Of a stretch of DNA of 64,000 nt, positions 24,700-37,260 are shown piece after piece. Under the pieces are notes generated by a model. That model was not told the DNA's origin. It searched no databases and saw only the letters and a list, made by a program, of their open reading frames with translations. The DNA is from Octopus vulgaris (taxonomy: Eukaryota). Within the stretch, counting starts at the first letter, position 1. Each line of letters begins with the position of its first letter. The stretch is from the NCBI GenBank assembly GCA_951406725.2, contig OX597821.1, positions 54,994,001-55,058,000 of the forward strand, given 5' to 3'. The translations under genes and the position numbers were made by a program.

Positions 24700-25295
24700 G
24701 TTTAATGACAGAAAACCTGTAATTTGCAAAGTCAACCATAACAGGATTTGAACCCAGGAACACAAAAAGCTGGAAGAAATGCTAAGCATTTTGTCCAACG
24801 TGCCAGCTCACTAAATTATAATAAGCATGAGAGTTCACTAAGTTATAGTAAAAATAACAGTAATTTTTTCCTACTAAAAGCTTGAAACCTTTTGGTGAGA
24901 GAGGGTTGATCAGTTACATCACCCACCTTCCAATTTATGGTTAGCTCTTATTTCATCAACCCAAAAGGATGAAAGATAAAGTCAACTTTGGTAGAATTTG
25001 AACTTTGAATGTAAAGCTAAATGAAATTCCACTAAACATTTTGCCTGACATGCTAATGATTGTACTAGTTTGCCACCTTAATAATAACAATGATAATGGT
25101 TTCAAATTTCAGCACAAATCCAGCAATCTAATCGATTACAGTGACTGTAGTGCTCAACTGGTACTTATTTCATCAACCTCAAAAGGAGGAAAGGCAAAGA
25201 TGACCTTGGGGGAATTTGAACTCAGAACATAAAGACACAAAATACCGCTAAGCATTTTGCCTGGCATGCTCAGAATTCCGCCAGATGGCCACCTT
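24700..25295 (-). mobile_element. Tandem diverged SINE family B copies
   Basis: Repeated GGATGAAAG..AAAGTCAAC...GAATTTGAACT...GCTAAGCATTTTG. Confidence 0.75.
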
Positions 25296-25479
25296 CATAA
25301 TATTAATAATAACAATAACATCTCATTGTCTTGTTAAATCTTGTGCCCTCTACCTCTGCCCTTCTCTCACTTAATTTTGCCCAGCATTCTCTCTCCCCAT
25401 CACTTCTGCAGATATCTAACACTCCCTTTTTGCCAGCCATATATGACCATTACTTACTGAGAAATGGAGTGCTGAGAGA

Positions 25480-26700
25480 TTTAGTCAGCAATTATAAATC
25501 TATTTCATACTTAGTCTAGCCTCATAGCTGAAGAAGGAGAGTCTATTGTCTGAGCAACAGAAGAGATGCAGAAAGAAGTGAAGGTAAACAGCTCCTCTGC
25601 TCTATGTTGATAGTATTATATTAAATAAGATACAAATAAGGAGCTTAGCTGTAGGTGGGATAGACTACAAGAAGGCTTATGACAGTGTACCACACTTCTG
25701 GATCTTGGGGTGCCTGGAGGTGCTTAGAATCAATGAAAAAATAAGCAGCTTTTTATAGACAAAGTAAATGAAATTGCATGAAGTGGAAATGAATCATTAA
25801 GCAATATGAAAATCTACAGGAGTATAGTCCAAGATAACATTTTTCTATTACTTTCTATCATTGAGTTAAATCATCTGACAAGTATACTGTAAAAATTTAG
25901 GCCTACTTAGAAGTTTACCAAAAGGAAGGGGAAAATGTATCACCTATGACATATGGATGACCTCAGACAATAAACAAAATGTTTAAAAAACACCAGATTC
26001 ACTAATCCAAACAGTAAGAGTATATAGCAAGGAGATTGGGAAGTAGTTTGGGTAAATAAGTATACAATGTTAATTATGAAGAGAGACCAAAAGATAAGCT
26101 CTGATGGTGTAAAATTTTCACAAGATAATATCATTAGATTGCTGCTGATAAGTACCTAGTGTTACAAGTACCACTAGGTACTTATCCTAGTGAGAGGATA
26201 ATAGGAGTGATAATAATAGGATAATAGAAGTAATAATAATAGTGATAGGATAATATTATCCTAGTGATGGAGAAAACTTTCCAGAGAGTTCAAGTGAAGA
26301 TTTAAGAAGTGGCTCAAAACAAAATAAAATGGAGGGAATATCATCAAAGTAATAAATACACCAGCTATCCTAGTATCACAAAGACAGAACTCCAGGGATT
26401 AAATATAATTAGGTAGCTGCTCTCAATGCACACTACCCTAACTGTCATATCAACAGGCTCTACCAACAAAAAAGACATCATCAGTATTGTGATACTGAGT
26501 CTGAAAGTTTATCTTGTATGTAATGAAAAAAAAGAATACTATCAGCAGCTAAAAATATTGAAAAAGTTACTGAAGCAGTAGGAGAATTCAAGAACAGAAC
26601 GAAGAACATCAGAGTAATAAATGGAAATAAGAATTACATGGCAAATTCATGCAACAAACCTGATGATGTTGGAAGTAAAGAACACTGATTATAGTTGATG
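25480..26700 (+). mobile_element. Fossil Dong/R4-like non-LTR retrotransposon RT region
   Basis: IDYKKAYDSVPHFWIL (~25660-25707), HL*HMDDL (25941), GGNIIKVINT (~26331), ELHGKF (~26630); many stops and frameshifts. Confidence 0.75.
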
Positions 26701-26774
26701 ATAAAACCAGAAACCATCCTCAAAGAATTCAGCTCTAAGGTAACTTTTAGTCTGACAGACATTCATCCTGGTAC

Positions 26775-27003
26775 CTATTTCTTTACTACCCACAAGGGGC
26801 TAAACACAGAGGGGACAAACAAGGACAGACAGACGGATTAAGTCGATTATATCGACCCCAGTGCGTAACTGGTACTTATTTAATCGACCTCAAAAGGATG
26901 AAATGTAAAGTCGACCTCGGCGGAATTTAAACTTAGAACATAGCGACATACAAAATACTGCTAAGCATTTCACCCTGTGTGCTAACGTTTCTGCCAGCTC
27001 GTC
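26775..27003 (-). mobile_element. SINE family B
   Basis: Reverse complement of the 30004-30245 type. Confidence 0.9.
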
Positions 27004-27665
27004 ACTTTTACCATCAATCTCATGGTACCATCAATCTCATGCTCTTTGTCTTTGTATATTTTACTGAACTCAGTTCTCTGGTTTTTGAGTGTCATTAGGA
27101 CGTGCAAATCCATTTTGATATCTTTTGCTCTCACATACTATAACACAAAACTTGTTAGTAGACATTCGATCTCTGTCATGTTCATTGTCACTTATTGTGA
27201 CTACTGTACATCTTTAAGCTATGTACTGAGACACAATAAATAATCAGAAGCCTGTCTGATAATTCCAGCCTGTGTTTCAACAGTGTCATCAGTTGTTAGT
27301 GTACAGAAGACAGTGCCATAACTTTTTGCTTTTTACAATTGAGAGAACTTTTAATGATATTTCCTGAAGAGTCTGTCGAACTATTTGATATGAAGGAAGC
27401 TTCAGTCCACTTCAATCCTTTTGTAAGCAGAGGTGTATAATTCTCTTTGCCCCTCTCTGGGTTATCTCCTGGGGTTAAAAAATGTTTACTCAGAAGCAAC
27501 ATCATGATTTACAGGTATATATTTTAGTGATACTTAAGAAAGTAAATTGGTCCAGCAGGTGGATTGTATATAATAAAAACAAGGGTTCAAACTTCAAACA
27601 TGACATATCAGCAACACATATATTTGGATATATCTCTACCTACCAACAGCTATATTAAGACATGC

Positions 27666-27667
<2 letters not shown>

Positions 27668-27706
<39 letters not shown>

Positions 27707-27708
27707 CT

Positions 27709-27742
<34 letters not shown>

Positions 27743-27830
27743 CTAGATATATCTATATTTATATATATATATATATACATATTCCTAGATATATCTCTCT
27801 CTATATATATATATTCCTAGATATATCTAT
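27668..27830. repeat. Compound (TA)n with four ATTCCTAGATAT units
   Basis: Direct reading. Confidence 0.9.
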
Positions 27831-27842
27831 ACCTCAGTCAGT

Positions 27843-28148
27843 AGTTGTTTGTTCCTTCTTGAGCCATGCCTGGTTCATAAGGGCCAGTTTCCCAGGTTTT
27901 TGGCATATAGGTTCCCCACCTGGATGGGACGCCGGTCCGTCACAGGTGAGCTGCAAGATGCAGGAGGAAAGAGTGAGAGGAAGTTGTGGCGAAAGAGTCA
28001 GCAGAAGTTCGCCATTACCTTCTGTCAGAGCCGTGTGAAGCTTAGGTGTTTTTGCTCATAAACACACACATCGCTCAGTCTAAGATTCGAACCCACAATC
28101 CCTTGACCGTGAATCCACTGCTCTAACCACTGGGCCATGTGCTTCCAC
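27843..28148 (-). mobile_element. tRNA-derived SINE family E
   Basis: Minus strand: GGAAGCACATGGCCCAGTGGTTAGAGCAG...GGGTTCGAATC (boxes A and B); 3' GGCTCAAGAAGGAACAAACAAC. Confidence 0.85.
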
Positions 28149-30003
28149 ATATAATTAGTTATATCTCTACATATCACTACTCATGTTATATAATACTGGA
28201 TATATCTGCCACTATTCAATATATCTATATACCACTGGTTAACCTTTATACCACTAAATATGTCTCTACATACTACCTGTCACATATCTTTATACAATGA
28301 GATACTTCCCACAAGCAATATATATTTCTATACTTCCACCTTTCTAGAAGATAATACAAAATCAGATTTGCATAATTATCTTATAATTTGAGGTGAATAC
28401 TTAAAACAATTTAAACGGAGTGAAAATAAATATATAATAAATTACTTTTATTTTCTCATAAATAGAATAACAAAATATATATTTCATAATTTTGTCTTTT
28501 ATTTCCACAGATATTCAGGAAATACTTTGTTTGCTATTAAATGGAAATTTACTTTCAGTTTGGGATATTAATAGAAAGTAAACAATGAATTAATGATTGT
28601 TTTAAGCTATGATTGTTATACATTCTAAAAGAAAATTATATCCTAAGTCAATTTCCATGTAGAACTGTCTGGAAATTATCCATTTGCTTCCCAAATATAA
28701 AAATTTCAATGAAACTGTTGTTTAATGAAATATTTCACTATTTTAATTATTTCTGAACAATTGGTTTCAGTTAATCTTTATGGGCAAATGATGATAGCCA
28801 ATTGCAGGCCAGCACAGTTGTGTTTATCAACAATCAAAATGTTATTATTTCAGATTTCATTACATTTGTTTAAATATATTATTTTATGTTTTTTTTTTTT
28901 ACCAGTTTCAGTAACTAAACTGTAGTCTTGCTCAGCACAGTGGATAGAACAGGGCCTGGTTAGTGGACATGCAATAGGAGTAATAAAAGGATGACATAAA
29001 TGGAGTTGAAAGGAACTGAGTGGAGGTAACACTAGACCAACCAGCTCAAAGGAGAAATCACTGTTGTAGTGGTAGAATAGACAGAGGGAGCAGATCAGAG
29101 GATGTAGCTTGTTGACAAATAGCTTCGGGCAAAGTTTTGAATACAGTGTCAGAAGTTCGAATGCACGAAACTAGCCATGTCTCATATATGAGAATAATCT
29201 TACCTCAATGATAACAAGAGTATAAACAAGTTCAAATGTATAGAAACCATTCAAGTAGCAGCTGAGCCAGTGCTAGTAGAATAAAGTAATTCTTTAGCTA
29301 AATCACATACTGCTTTCAGTATCTGCATGTTGGAATTATCTATCATGTAAACTACTTACATGGACACACACACAAAAAAAAAAAAAATCCCAGCTAATAG
29401 CTTAGTTAAAAGGTCGATTATGAATTTGAGTCACTAGCTTTAAGATAGCCTGAAATGAAATGTCTTTAAATCCATGTCCAAAATTATTTTCTGTATGTCG
29501 ATCAAAATGTTTATGCTACCTCTTCTCTTCTGTTGTAATGTGTTCTTTAGCTCAATGAGGAGAAGAAAGTGTTTATTGACATTTTTCTATTTGGTAAAGA
29601 TAACCCAACCATAATCAAGTAGTTTTGCTAACATTTGTCAGCATCTCTATTGCTCTTGCTATTTTTAGCAGGTTACAGGCTGTTGCTGGCTTGGTAAGGA
29701 GGTAAACAAGATACCTTTTGGTATTATAGATATGACTCTTTCCTTTCAGGCTTCCATTCCTGTTGAGTTCAACTTTTCCTTTCATCTTTCCTGAAGTCAA
29801 TGAGATAAGCATCGGTCCAATACTGTGGTCAGTATAAACAATTCCTTTTCAGTCACATTCACCCTCTATAGAAAAATGTGGCCTTGAAGCTAGGGAGTTT
29901 CAGAAGAAATAGTGAACAGAGATATTCACTACATAATAGCCGCACTTTTGCATTTAGAAAATTTAGAAAACATGTATCGTGTTTATTATAACTTATGTAG
30001 AAG

Positions 30004-30440
30004 TTGGCGAGCTGGCAGAATCATGGCAGAAACGCTAGCACGCTGGGTGAAATGCTTAGCGGTATTTTGTCTACTGTTACGTTCTGAGATCATATTCCAC
30101 CGAGGTCGACTTTGCCTTTCATCCTTTCGGGGTCAATAAATTAAGTACCAGTTATGCACTGGAGTTGGTGTAATCGACTTAATCCCTTTGTCTGTGCTTG
30201 TTTGTCCCCTCTATGTTTAGCCCCTTGTGGGCAATAAAGAAATAAGCATCATAAGCACACCAGACGAATACTTAGCTGTATTTCGTCCATCGCTACATTC
30301 TGAGTTCAAATTCTGACAAGGTCGACATTACCTTTCATCCTTTCAGGGTCGATAAATTAAGAACCAATTGAGTACTGGGGTCAATGTAATTGACTATCCC
30401 CCTCCCCCAAATTTCAGGCCTTGTGCCTGTAATAGAAAGG
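30004..30440 (+). mobile_element. Two adjacent SINE family B copies with different 3' tails
   Basis: 30004-30245 ends TTTAGCCCCTTGTGGGCAATAAAGAAAT; 30255-30440 ends CCCCAAATTTCAGGCCTTGTGCC. Confidence 0.88.
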
Positions 30441-32742
30441 ATGATATAACTTATGTACTTTTCATTACAGTTGGTGAACAATAGAGTTATTAATTAAAGG
30501 TTACCAACAGATCAATCATTGATTCCCTACAAGTTTCTAATGGCTCAATCACTGGCTCTGTGTTTCTACCAGTGAGACTGACAAGGATGTCTGCAGCTTG
30601 ATACAAAATAAATAACTGTGATTTTGTTTCTAAAGCACTGGTTTCCAAGGGAATTTTTAATGACATACATCAGTGGAATACATACACACATACACGTTTA
30701 GATATTATATTGATGTGAAGTAGACCTTTTAACCACAGGGCCATGCCTGGATCCATTTATAAAAGGTGATAAAGTGTGAACTAATAACATATCAGAACCA
30801 ATTTCTCTTCAAACATCAATATAGACCTTAATCAAATATATATCGTATTTATACTTCTGATATCATATATCATGCCTATAACAGAGTGATTAAGACATCA
30901 GATTTTCTAATAATTTACATTGAATATCTGGATAGTATAAACTGGCTTAATCAATTGGGTGTTGAACTACCATTATAAAAGTCAATAATTTAGATTTTCT
31001 TAGCAGTATTTCTTAGTAAGACAATTTATTCTCAGTGCATTAGCTCATCTGTCTGTCCATGAATATCATAAGAAATATATTTCACCACAGTAAATAGTTG
31101 TTGTACTGCATCATAGTAAATGATCTATAAGTTTATAGTAGCTACTTTAAAACTTAAACAAGTCAACCTTTTTTGATTCTCCTCATCTTAAAGTTGTTTT
31201 TAAAGTCACATTTCAGACAGAAACTTACAGCATACAAAATAGATAAAAACTTAAAGCTAAGTTTTTAGAATTAAAACAAAACAATTAAGAACAAATTTCA
31301 AATGCTAATATCATTATGTTTCCTTGTTAGATTTTTCTTATTACAATTCAAATGTTAAAAATTCCATTCCAAACTTTAAACTTTATATTTGGTAATTTGG
31401 TATGCTCCATCTCATCTTAATTACTTGTTAATTCTAAAACAATGAGAGAACAGATAAGATACTTGACATCCTTCAATGGGGTTTAGTGCACCATGGCAGT
31501 TTCAATATTATAAAAGTAAAAGCCACAAAATATAAGAAAACTATATTGTATCTCATATCTCTAAAGCAAGAACAGCATGCAAGTAAATCCATCAAGGTGC
31601 TAAAAATGCTAGTTATTACCATTACAAATTATCTCTTTTAGGGGTCAAACATCATTAACATAGCCAAAGCTGCAACACGCACACACACAAAAAAAAGCCT
31701 TCTTCTTCAGAATGAGAAAAATACTTAAACCTCCAATAATTTGCATCTCTAAGTTCTACTGCTACTTAGAATTCCCTTTAACTATCATCATTACCACAAT
31801 TGATGACCACTAACAATCACCAGGCATTATTTGCTCACAGCCGGTTCAATACCATAGATCACCATCTTAGTCTTTTTTGTGTTATCCTTATATGTTCACC
31901 ATATTTTAAATGTGTCCAATCCTTGGTATAATCTACCCATTTTCTCCCTTCTGTATATTTATTCAACCAGTTTACACTAAAATGTCTATCTAATTGGAAT
32001 TATATCCTGTTGTAAATCACTGCCAACTCATTTCTTTCCAATTCCTAACATGTAATTTCACATGTCAGCATTAACTACACTAACACTGTCCACATATCCC
32101 TATCTATCCCAGTTAAAGTTATCCTTATCCACCCATTTATTCTGACCCACCCCTAGTCAGATCAAGAACATGATCAATACACCTCCAAAACTAACAAATC
32201 AATATTTCCACTGGTGGCTGTTCAGTATTAATAAATTTTAATAAATAACTTCAATTGTCACAAGATGAAGAAGCCTCTAGATGGTGGCTGAACTACAAGG
32301 AACAACAACTGAGTCTCTTTCAAATCAAACCACGTCATCTTTAAGAAAGCAAACATTTAATATTATTGCATTGTGAAAGATACGTGTTAGCCATTTGAGA
32401 GCACACATATAATGTTCGTTCCACTTAAACATTAGAATTTTCCTTTCTGATGTCATTCATGCTATGACAATTTTGACACCATATGACAAATAATAAATGT
32501 TTAAATGAAGTTAACAGTCTTTGTGCATTTCTGAGTAGCTATTATGTGTCTTCCGTGCAGCAATCATTTTAGCTTCAACTCAAGATCTCTGATCAAATAC
32601 ATTACCTTTGATATATTTGCTCGATATTGACTTAGGTCTAAATCATAACAATCAGATGATAAGGAGCTTGATTTAAAATAACAGAATAGATTTTTCTCAG
32701 TTAAGACTGCAAGGGCTAGAAGTTTTAAAATATCTACATTAT

Positions 32743-32861
32743 GTAGAAACATTGCCAGATCAGACTGGGCCTGGTGCAGCCTTCGGGCTTCCCAGATGCC
32801 AGTTGAACCGTCCAACCCATGCTAGCATGGAAAGCGGACGCTAAATGATGATGATGATGAT
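32743..32861 (+). mobile_element. SINE family C 3' fragment
   Basis: GTAGAAACATTGCCAGATCAGACTGG...GGAAAGCGGACGCTAAAT(GAT)n. Confidence 0.9.
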
Positions 32862-33235
32862 GTGAAACTTGACCAGAACTGCTAAAGCTAAATTTTAGAA
32901 CTCCCCTTCTTAATCTCCATCATCATTATTTTTACAACCCACTTTTTCCATATTGGTGCGTGTTGGACATGACTTGTCGAGGCAGTATTCTATTGTGTAA
33001 CCAGATACCCTTCTTGTGATCAGCTTTTACTTATTTTCTAGTAAGGTACTAGAATTGTCATAGTATTTCGGAACCAACAAGCTACATTAGAAATTGCTGA
33101 CAGGAGAGGCAAACATGATATCTCTGTTGTACAACTGTTCTCAATGTGAAGATATATTGGAAAGTAACCACTCATGAGCCTACAACTCTCTACCTCTCTC
33201 TCTTTTATTCTCTCTCTTTCTCTCTCTCTCTCTCG

Positions 33236-33272
<37 letters not shown>

Positions 33273-33299
33273 TTATTTATGTTACTGTTTCATTGTCTA

Positions 33300-33452
33300 T
33301 TGTTGGCATTAGGAAGGGCATCTAGCAGTAGAAACTATGCCAAATCAGATTGGAGTCTGGCATGGCCTTCCAGCTTACCAGCCCTGGTTAAACCATCTAA
33401 CCCATGCCAACATGGGCAACGGCTGTTAAATGATGATGATGTTGATGATGAT
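33300..33452 (+). mobile_element. SINE family C 3' fragment
   Basis: TTGGCATTAGGAAGGGCATC...CCCATGCCAACATGG...(GAT)n. Confidence 0.82.
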
Positions 33453-33519
33453 GTACTTTATGTAAACATCCACTGTCCTTTGTGTTTTGTATGCAGCCCT
33501 TTTGGCCAATAAAGAGAGA

Positions 33520-33579
<60 letters not shown>

Positions 33580-33582
33580 GTG

Positions 33583-33920
33583 AAGGTGCATGGCTCAGTG
33601 GTTAGAGTGTCGAGCTTACAATCATGAGGCTGTGAGTTTGATTCCCGGACCGGGCTGCATATTGTGTTCTTGAGTAAGACACTTTATTTCAAGTTGCTCC
33701 AGTTAACTCAGCTGTAGAAATGAGTTGCAACATCACTGATGCCAAACTGTATCGGCTTTTGTATTTCCCTTGGATAACATCAGTGGTGTGGAGAGGGGAG
33801 GCTGGTATGCATGGGTGACTGCTAGCCTTCCACAAAACAACCTTGCCTGGACTTGTGCCTCGGAGGGTAACTTTCTAGGTACAATCCCATAGTCATTCAT
33901 GACCAAAGGGGGTCTCCCCC
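33583..33920 (+). mobile_element. tRNA-derived SINE family D between (TTA)n tracts
   Basis: GGTGCATGGCTCAGTGGTTAGAGTGTCG...GAGTTTGATTCCCGG (boxes A and B). Confidence 0.85.
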
Positions 33921-33947
33921 TATTATTGTTATTATTATTATTATTAG

Positions 33948-34160
33948 AGAGGCAAAGTGGTAGAATTGTTACCATGCTAGTCAAAATGCTTAGCAGCTTT
34001 TCTGTGGCTTTTTACATTTTGAGTTCAAATTCCACCAAGGTCAGCTTTGCCTTTCATCTTTTCAGGGTTGATAAAATAAATTCCAGTTGAACATTGGGGT
34101 CGATGTAATCAACTTCACCCTCTCCTCAAAATTGCTGATGTGTACCTCATTCAAAAAGAA
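33948..34160 (+). mobile_element. SINE family B
   Basis: GAGTTCAAATTCCACCAAGGTCAGCTTTGCCTTTCATC. Confidence 0.82.
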
Positions 34161-34769
34161 ATGTTATAAGCCTTGTGAGTGTATTTGGTTGAGAGAAACT
34201 AAAAGAAGCCTGTCACATATGTATATATATGAGTGGGTGTTTGTGTGTAACTTATTCTTGGCATCATATGATGATTGCAAATGTGCATCATCATCATCCT
34301 CATCATCATAATACAAGCAACATTGTTCATTTCCATTGTGAAAAACTACCTTGCTTAGAAACAAGTGTGGACTGGCCAGTGGAAGGGTTTCTAAGCACAG
34401 AAAAAATGCCTCCACAAACTCTGTTCGATCGATACATGCAGGAAAAAATGAGCATTAAAATGATGATCATCATCGTATATATCATTTAATACACACACAC
34501 ATACATGTAACATATGCCTGTGTACTAACATGCAATCTTTCAGGCTCAAATTCTGAAAGATTGCATAAAAGTACACTGCATACTAATTAAGCTTGTTTGA
34601 CTATTGTACTATCTGAGCATGAAACTTATAGTTGCTTACATTTAAATGTTGTCTATATTAAATAATACTTATCTCTTGTTGGATGCTATACACTTTTTTA
34701 TTGATCCCACCAACAAAACAGAATTGTATACTATAAATGTATACACATACATACATACATATATTTATA

Positions 34770-35222
34770 TCCAAAATTAAGGAATGGAATAGATAAAATA
34801 CAGGTTACTCATTGGGCCAATGATACCTTAATCAAAAGAAGTTTATATTCTAAAAGAAGTTTACAAGGTAAACTTCTTTTGATTAAGGTAACTTTGGCCT
34901 GACAGGTAGCTAGCAGATTACTCCTCATTTGGATAATTACTACTTCCGAGGTTCTGCAAGCTATGAAACATAGACAGCTTGGATTTTATCAACTCCATTT
35001 CCTAAGTTTGGATTTTTATTCACATACACAGCAACCCCTGTTGCTAACTGTAAGTTATAAAATAAGATTTTCAGCTTATTGAAATTTGCTTTGGGAAAAA
35101 TTTACAACCATTTACATTAATAAACCAATATCGTTCCTGAAAGTTGCTTTTTATACCTTCTATAGACTGCTCGAAGCTTACTAACATCCTACACTTTGAT
35201 CCTTGGATCTTACTTTTACATG
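34770..35222 (+). mobile_element. PLE-like fragment (same family as 17727-18277) with central hairpin and decayed HHR
   Basis: Hairpin TACCTTAATCAAAAGAAGTTTA / TAAACTTCTTTTGATTAAGGTA; CTGACAG-GTAGCT...AGCTAT-GAAAC-ATAG; shared end GACTGCT.GAAGCTT.CTAAC.TCCTACA..TTGATCC..GATCTTAC. Confidence 0.68.
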
Positions 35223-35311
35223 CATACACACACACACGACAGGCTTCTTTCAGTTTCCGTCTACCAAATCCACTCCTCACAAAGCTTTATATATATATAT
35301 ATATATATATA

Positions 35312-36597
35312 CGAGTGGTGTTCAATAAGTAATGCCCCTGACCCACTTCCCATAGCAGTAGAGCAACGAAACTTGGCACAGTTATTAGTCTTTTTCTACA
35401 TAGGAACCACCCAGAGTTACGCATTTCTCCCATTGTTTCATGCAGCGCTGGAGACCGTTTTTGTAGAAGACCCCAGCTTGGTCCTCCAACCACGACGTGA
35501 CTTTAGAAATCAAGGCTGCATCATCTGTGAAATGCTTTCCTTTCAAAAACAACTTCATAGCTGGGAAGAGGTGAAAATAAGAGGGTGCAAGGTCAGGAGA
35601 GTAGGGAGATGGGGGAGGAGTTCATAGCAGCACGCCTGTGCTTCTGATCTGGCGAGTTGTGGACCGGAGCGTTGTCCTGCAGAAGGAGGATGCCTTTGCT
35701 GATCTTGCCCCGCCTCTTGATTTTGATAGCTTCCCTTAATTTCCTCAAAAGTGAAGCATAATAGGCTCCTGTAATTGTGGTACCCTTTGCCAGGAAATCT
35801 GCCATCACTACTCTGTCCTGGTCCCAGAAGACTGTGAGCATGACCTTGCCAGCGGAGGGCTGCACCCTTGCCTTCTTTGGAGGAGGTGAGTCACGGTGCT
35901 TCCACTGCATTGACTGGGCTTTGGTCTCTGAATCATAGTGATGGACCCAGGTTTCATCCTGTGTAATCAGTCTTTTGAAAAATTTTGACTCCTCTTCTTG
36001 GCACATCTCCAAATTCACCCTCGAGCAAGTCGACGCGTTCTTGCTTCTGGAAAGGCGTGAGCAACCTGGGAATCCATCTGGCAGACACCTTTTGCATATG
36101 CAAATGGTCATGAATGATAGTTTCCACAGACCCGGTACTAATCTTGACCTCATGGGCTATTTGGCGAATAATTATGCGTCGATCTTCCAAAATGGCAGCC
36201 TCAACTTGACGGACAGATGCCTCATCAATGGCAGAAGGGGGGGTGACCAGATCTGGGAGCTGTTTCCACAGAGTTCCGACAATGTTTGAATTCACGATGC
36301 CAGCGTTTTACAAGGTCATATGATGGGGCATCATCACCATAAGTTACTTTCATTTCATCAAAAGTCTCCTGTGGTGTGCGTCCTTTCAAATACAAAAACC
36401 GGATCACTGCTCGACACTCAACAGGCTCCATTTCACACTTGACTCGGTTCAAACACCTGTAAATCAGAAACCACAATTAGCTCAGAGCTGTAATTTGCCA
36501 CTTAATCTGTAGAGATATCAATAATTGCACATGCAAAATTGCAGCTAGATCAAATAACTGCAAGTGGGTCAGAGGCATTACTATTGAACGTCCCTCG
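35312..36597 (-). mobile_element. Full-length mariner (Tc1/mariner, DD34D type) transposon, inactive
   Basis: TIRs CGAGTGGTGTTCAATAAGTAATGCCCCTGACCCACTT / AAGTGGGTCAGAGGCATTACTATTGAACGTCCCTCG; TA flanks within (TA)n; ~1.29 kb. Confidence 0.95.
35385..36431 (-). pseudogene. Mariner transposase, frameshifted
   Basis: MEPVECRAVIRFL..., ARWIPRLL, ITQDETWVHHY, LLQDNAPVH, PYSPDLAPSYFHLF, WEKCVTLGGSYVEKD*; at least three frameshifts. Confidence 0.93.
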
Positions 36598-36624
<27 letters not shown>

Positions 36625-36629
<5 letters not shown>

Positions 36630-36969
36630 AGGTACTGACCAGATGTAAATGTAGATATAAACCACTCAACCTGAGTTCTTGGCTATCAGCACTGTTGGAT
36701 TTTAGACTAATACCGAAATTCTTCAGGTGCAAACCAAAAATAAAACAAAGAAATAAGCAAAGAATGACATCTGGAAGACACACAATGTGAGAGTGCACTT
36801 TCATTGCATGTTTGATGAAGTGCCACTCTAATGTCTAAAACTGCAAGTATTACGTGAATTTTCACTTAAAATTTTTACATAAACTGGTGTCACAAACAGA
36901 GTTGGTACAGAAACAATTGTAACTGATCGTTAAAGACATGTTAAAACATTTCTTTGTCCTATTATTTGG

Positions 36970-37026
<57 letters not shown>

Positions 37027-37260
37027 TATTAGGGAATATTACTTCCGAGTACACAGGGAAGACATTCAAATTAGATATACTAAAATGAACATCCCTCAAT
37101 GTTTAATTCGTATATATAAAAGTAATTTTAGAAACAGAAAGGAAAATACAGGATTCAGAATAGATATAAGATTTAAATTTTTAACATTTTATGAAGTGGT
37201 TGGGTATAAAACCTTCCAGTGTTGATTGAGTTGAAGGTGGTTCTGTCTCTAAAATTACTT
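36625..37260. mobile_element. (TA)n-embedded PLE-like fragments including an HHR at 36808-36924
   Basis: TTGATGA-AGTGCCACTCT...AGAGTTGGTACA-GAAAC-AATT-GTA; 37025-37080 resembles the terminus at 4380-4432 in reverse. Confidence 0.62.
36808..36924 (+). ncRNA. Type I hammerhead-like motif, ~90-nt stem II, one core mutation
   Basis: TTGATGA (C3>T) 36812-18; GTGCCACTCT pairs with AGAGTTGGTAC; GAAAC 36910-14, AATT loop, GTA. Confidence 0.65.

Noticed and set aside
27296-27505. 69-aa minus-strand ORF with a possible acceptor (TTTTTTAACCCCAG) as a host exon
   Set aside because: No recognisable domain and no partner exons; cannot be supported without RNA data
28060-28148. tRNA-like sequence (also 33583-33655 and SINE A heads)
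   Set aside because: Boxes A and B are present but continue into SINE bodies; these are SINE heads, not tRNA genes
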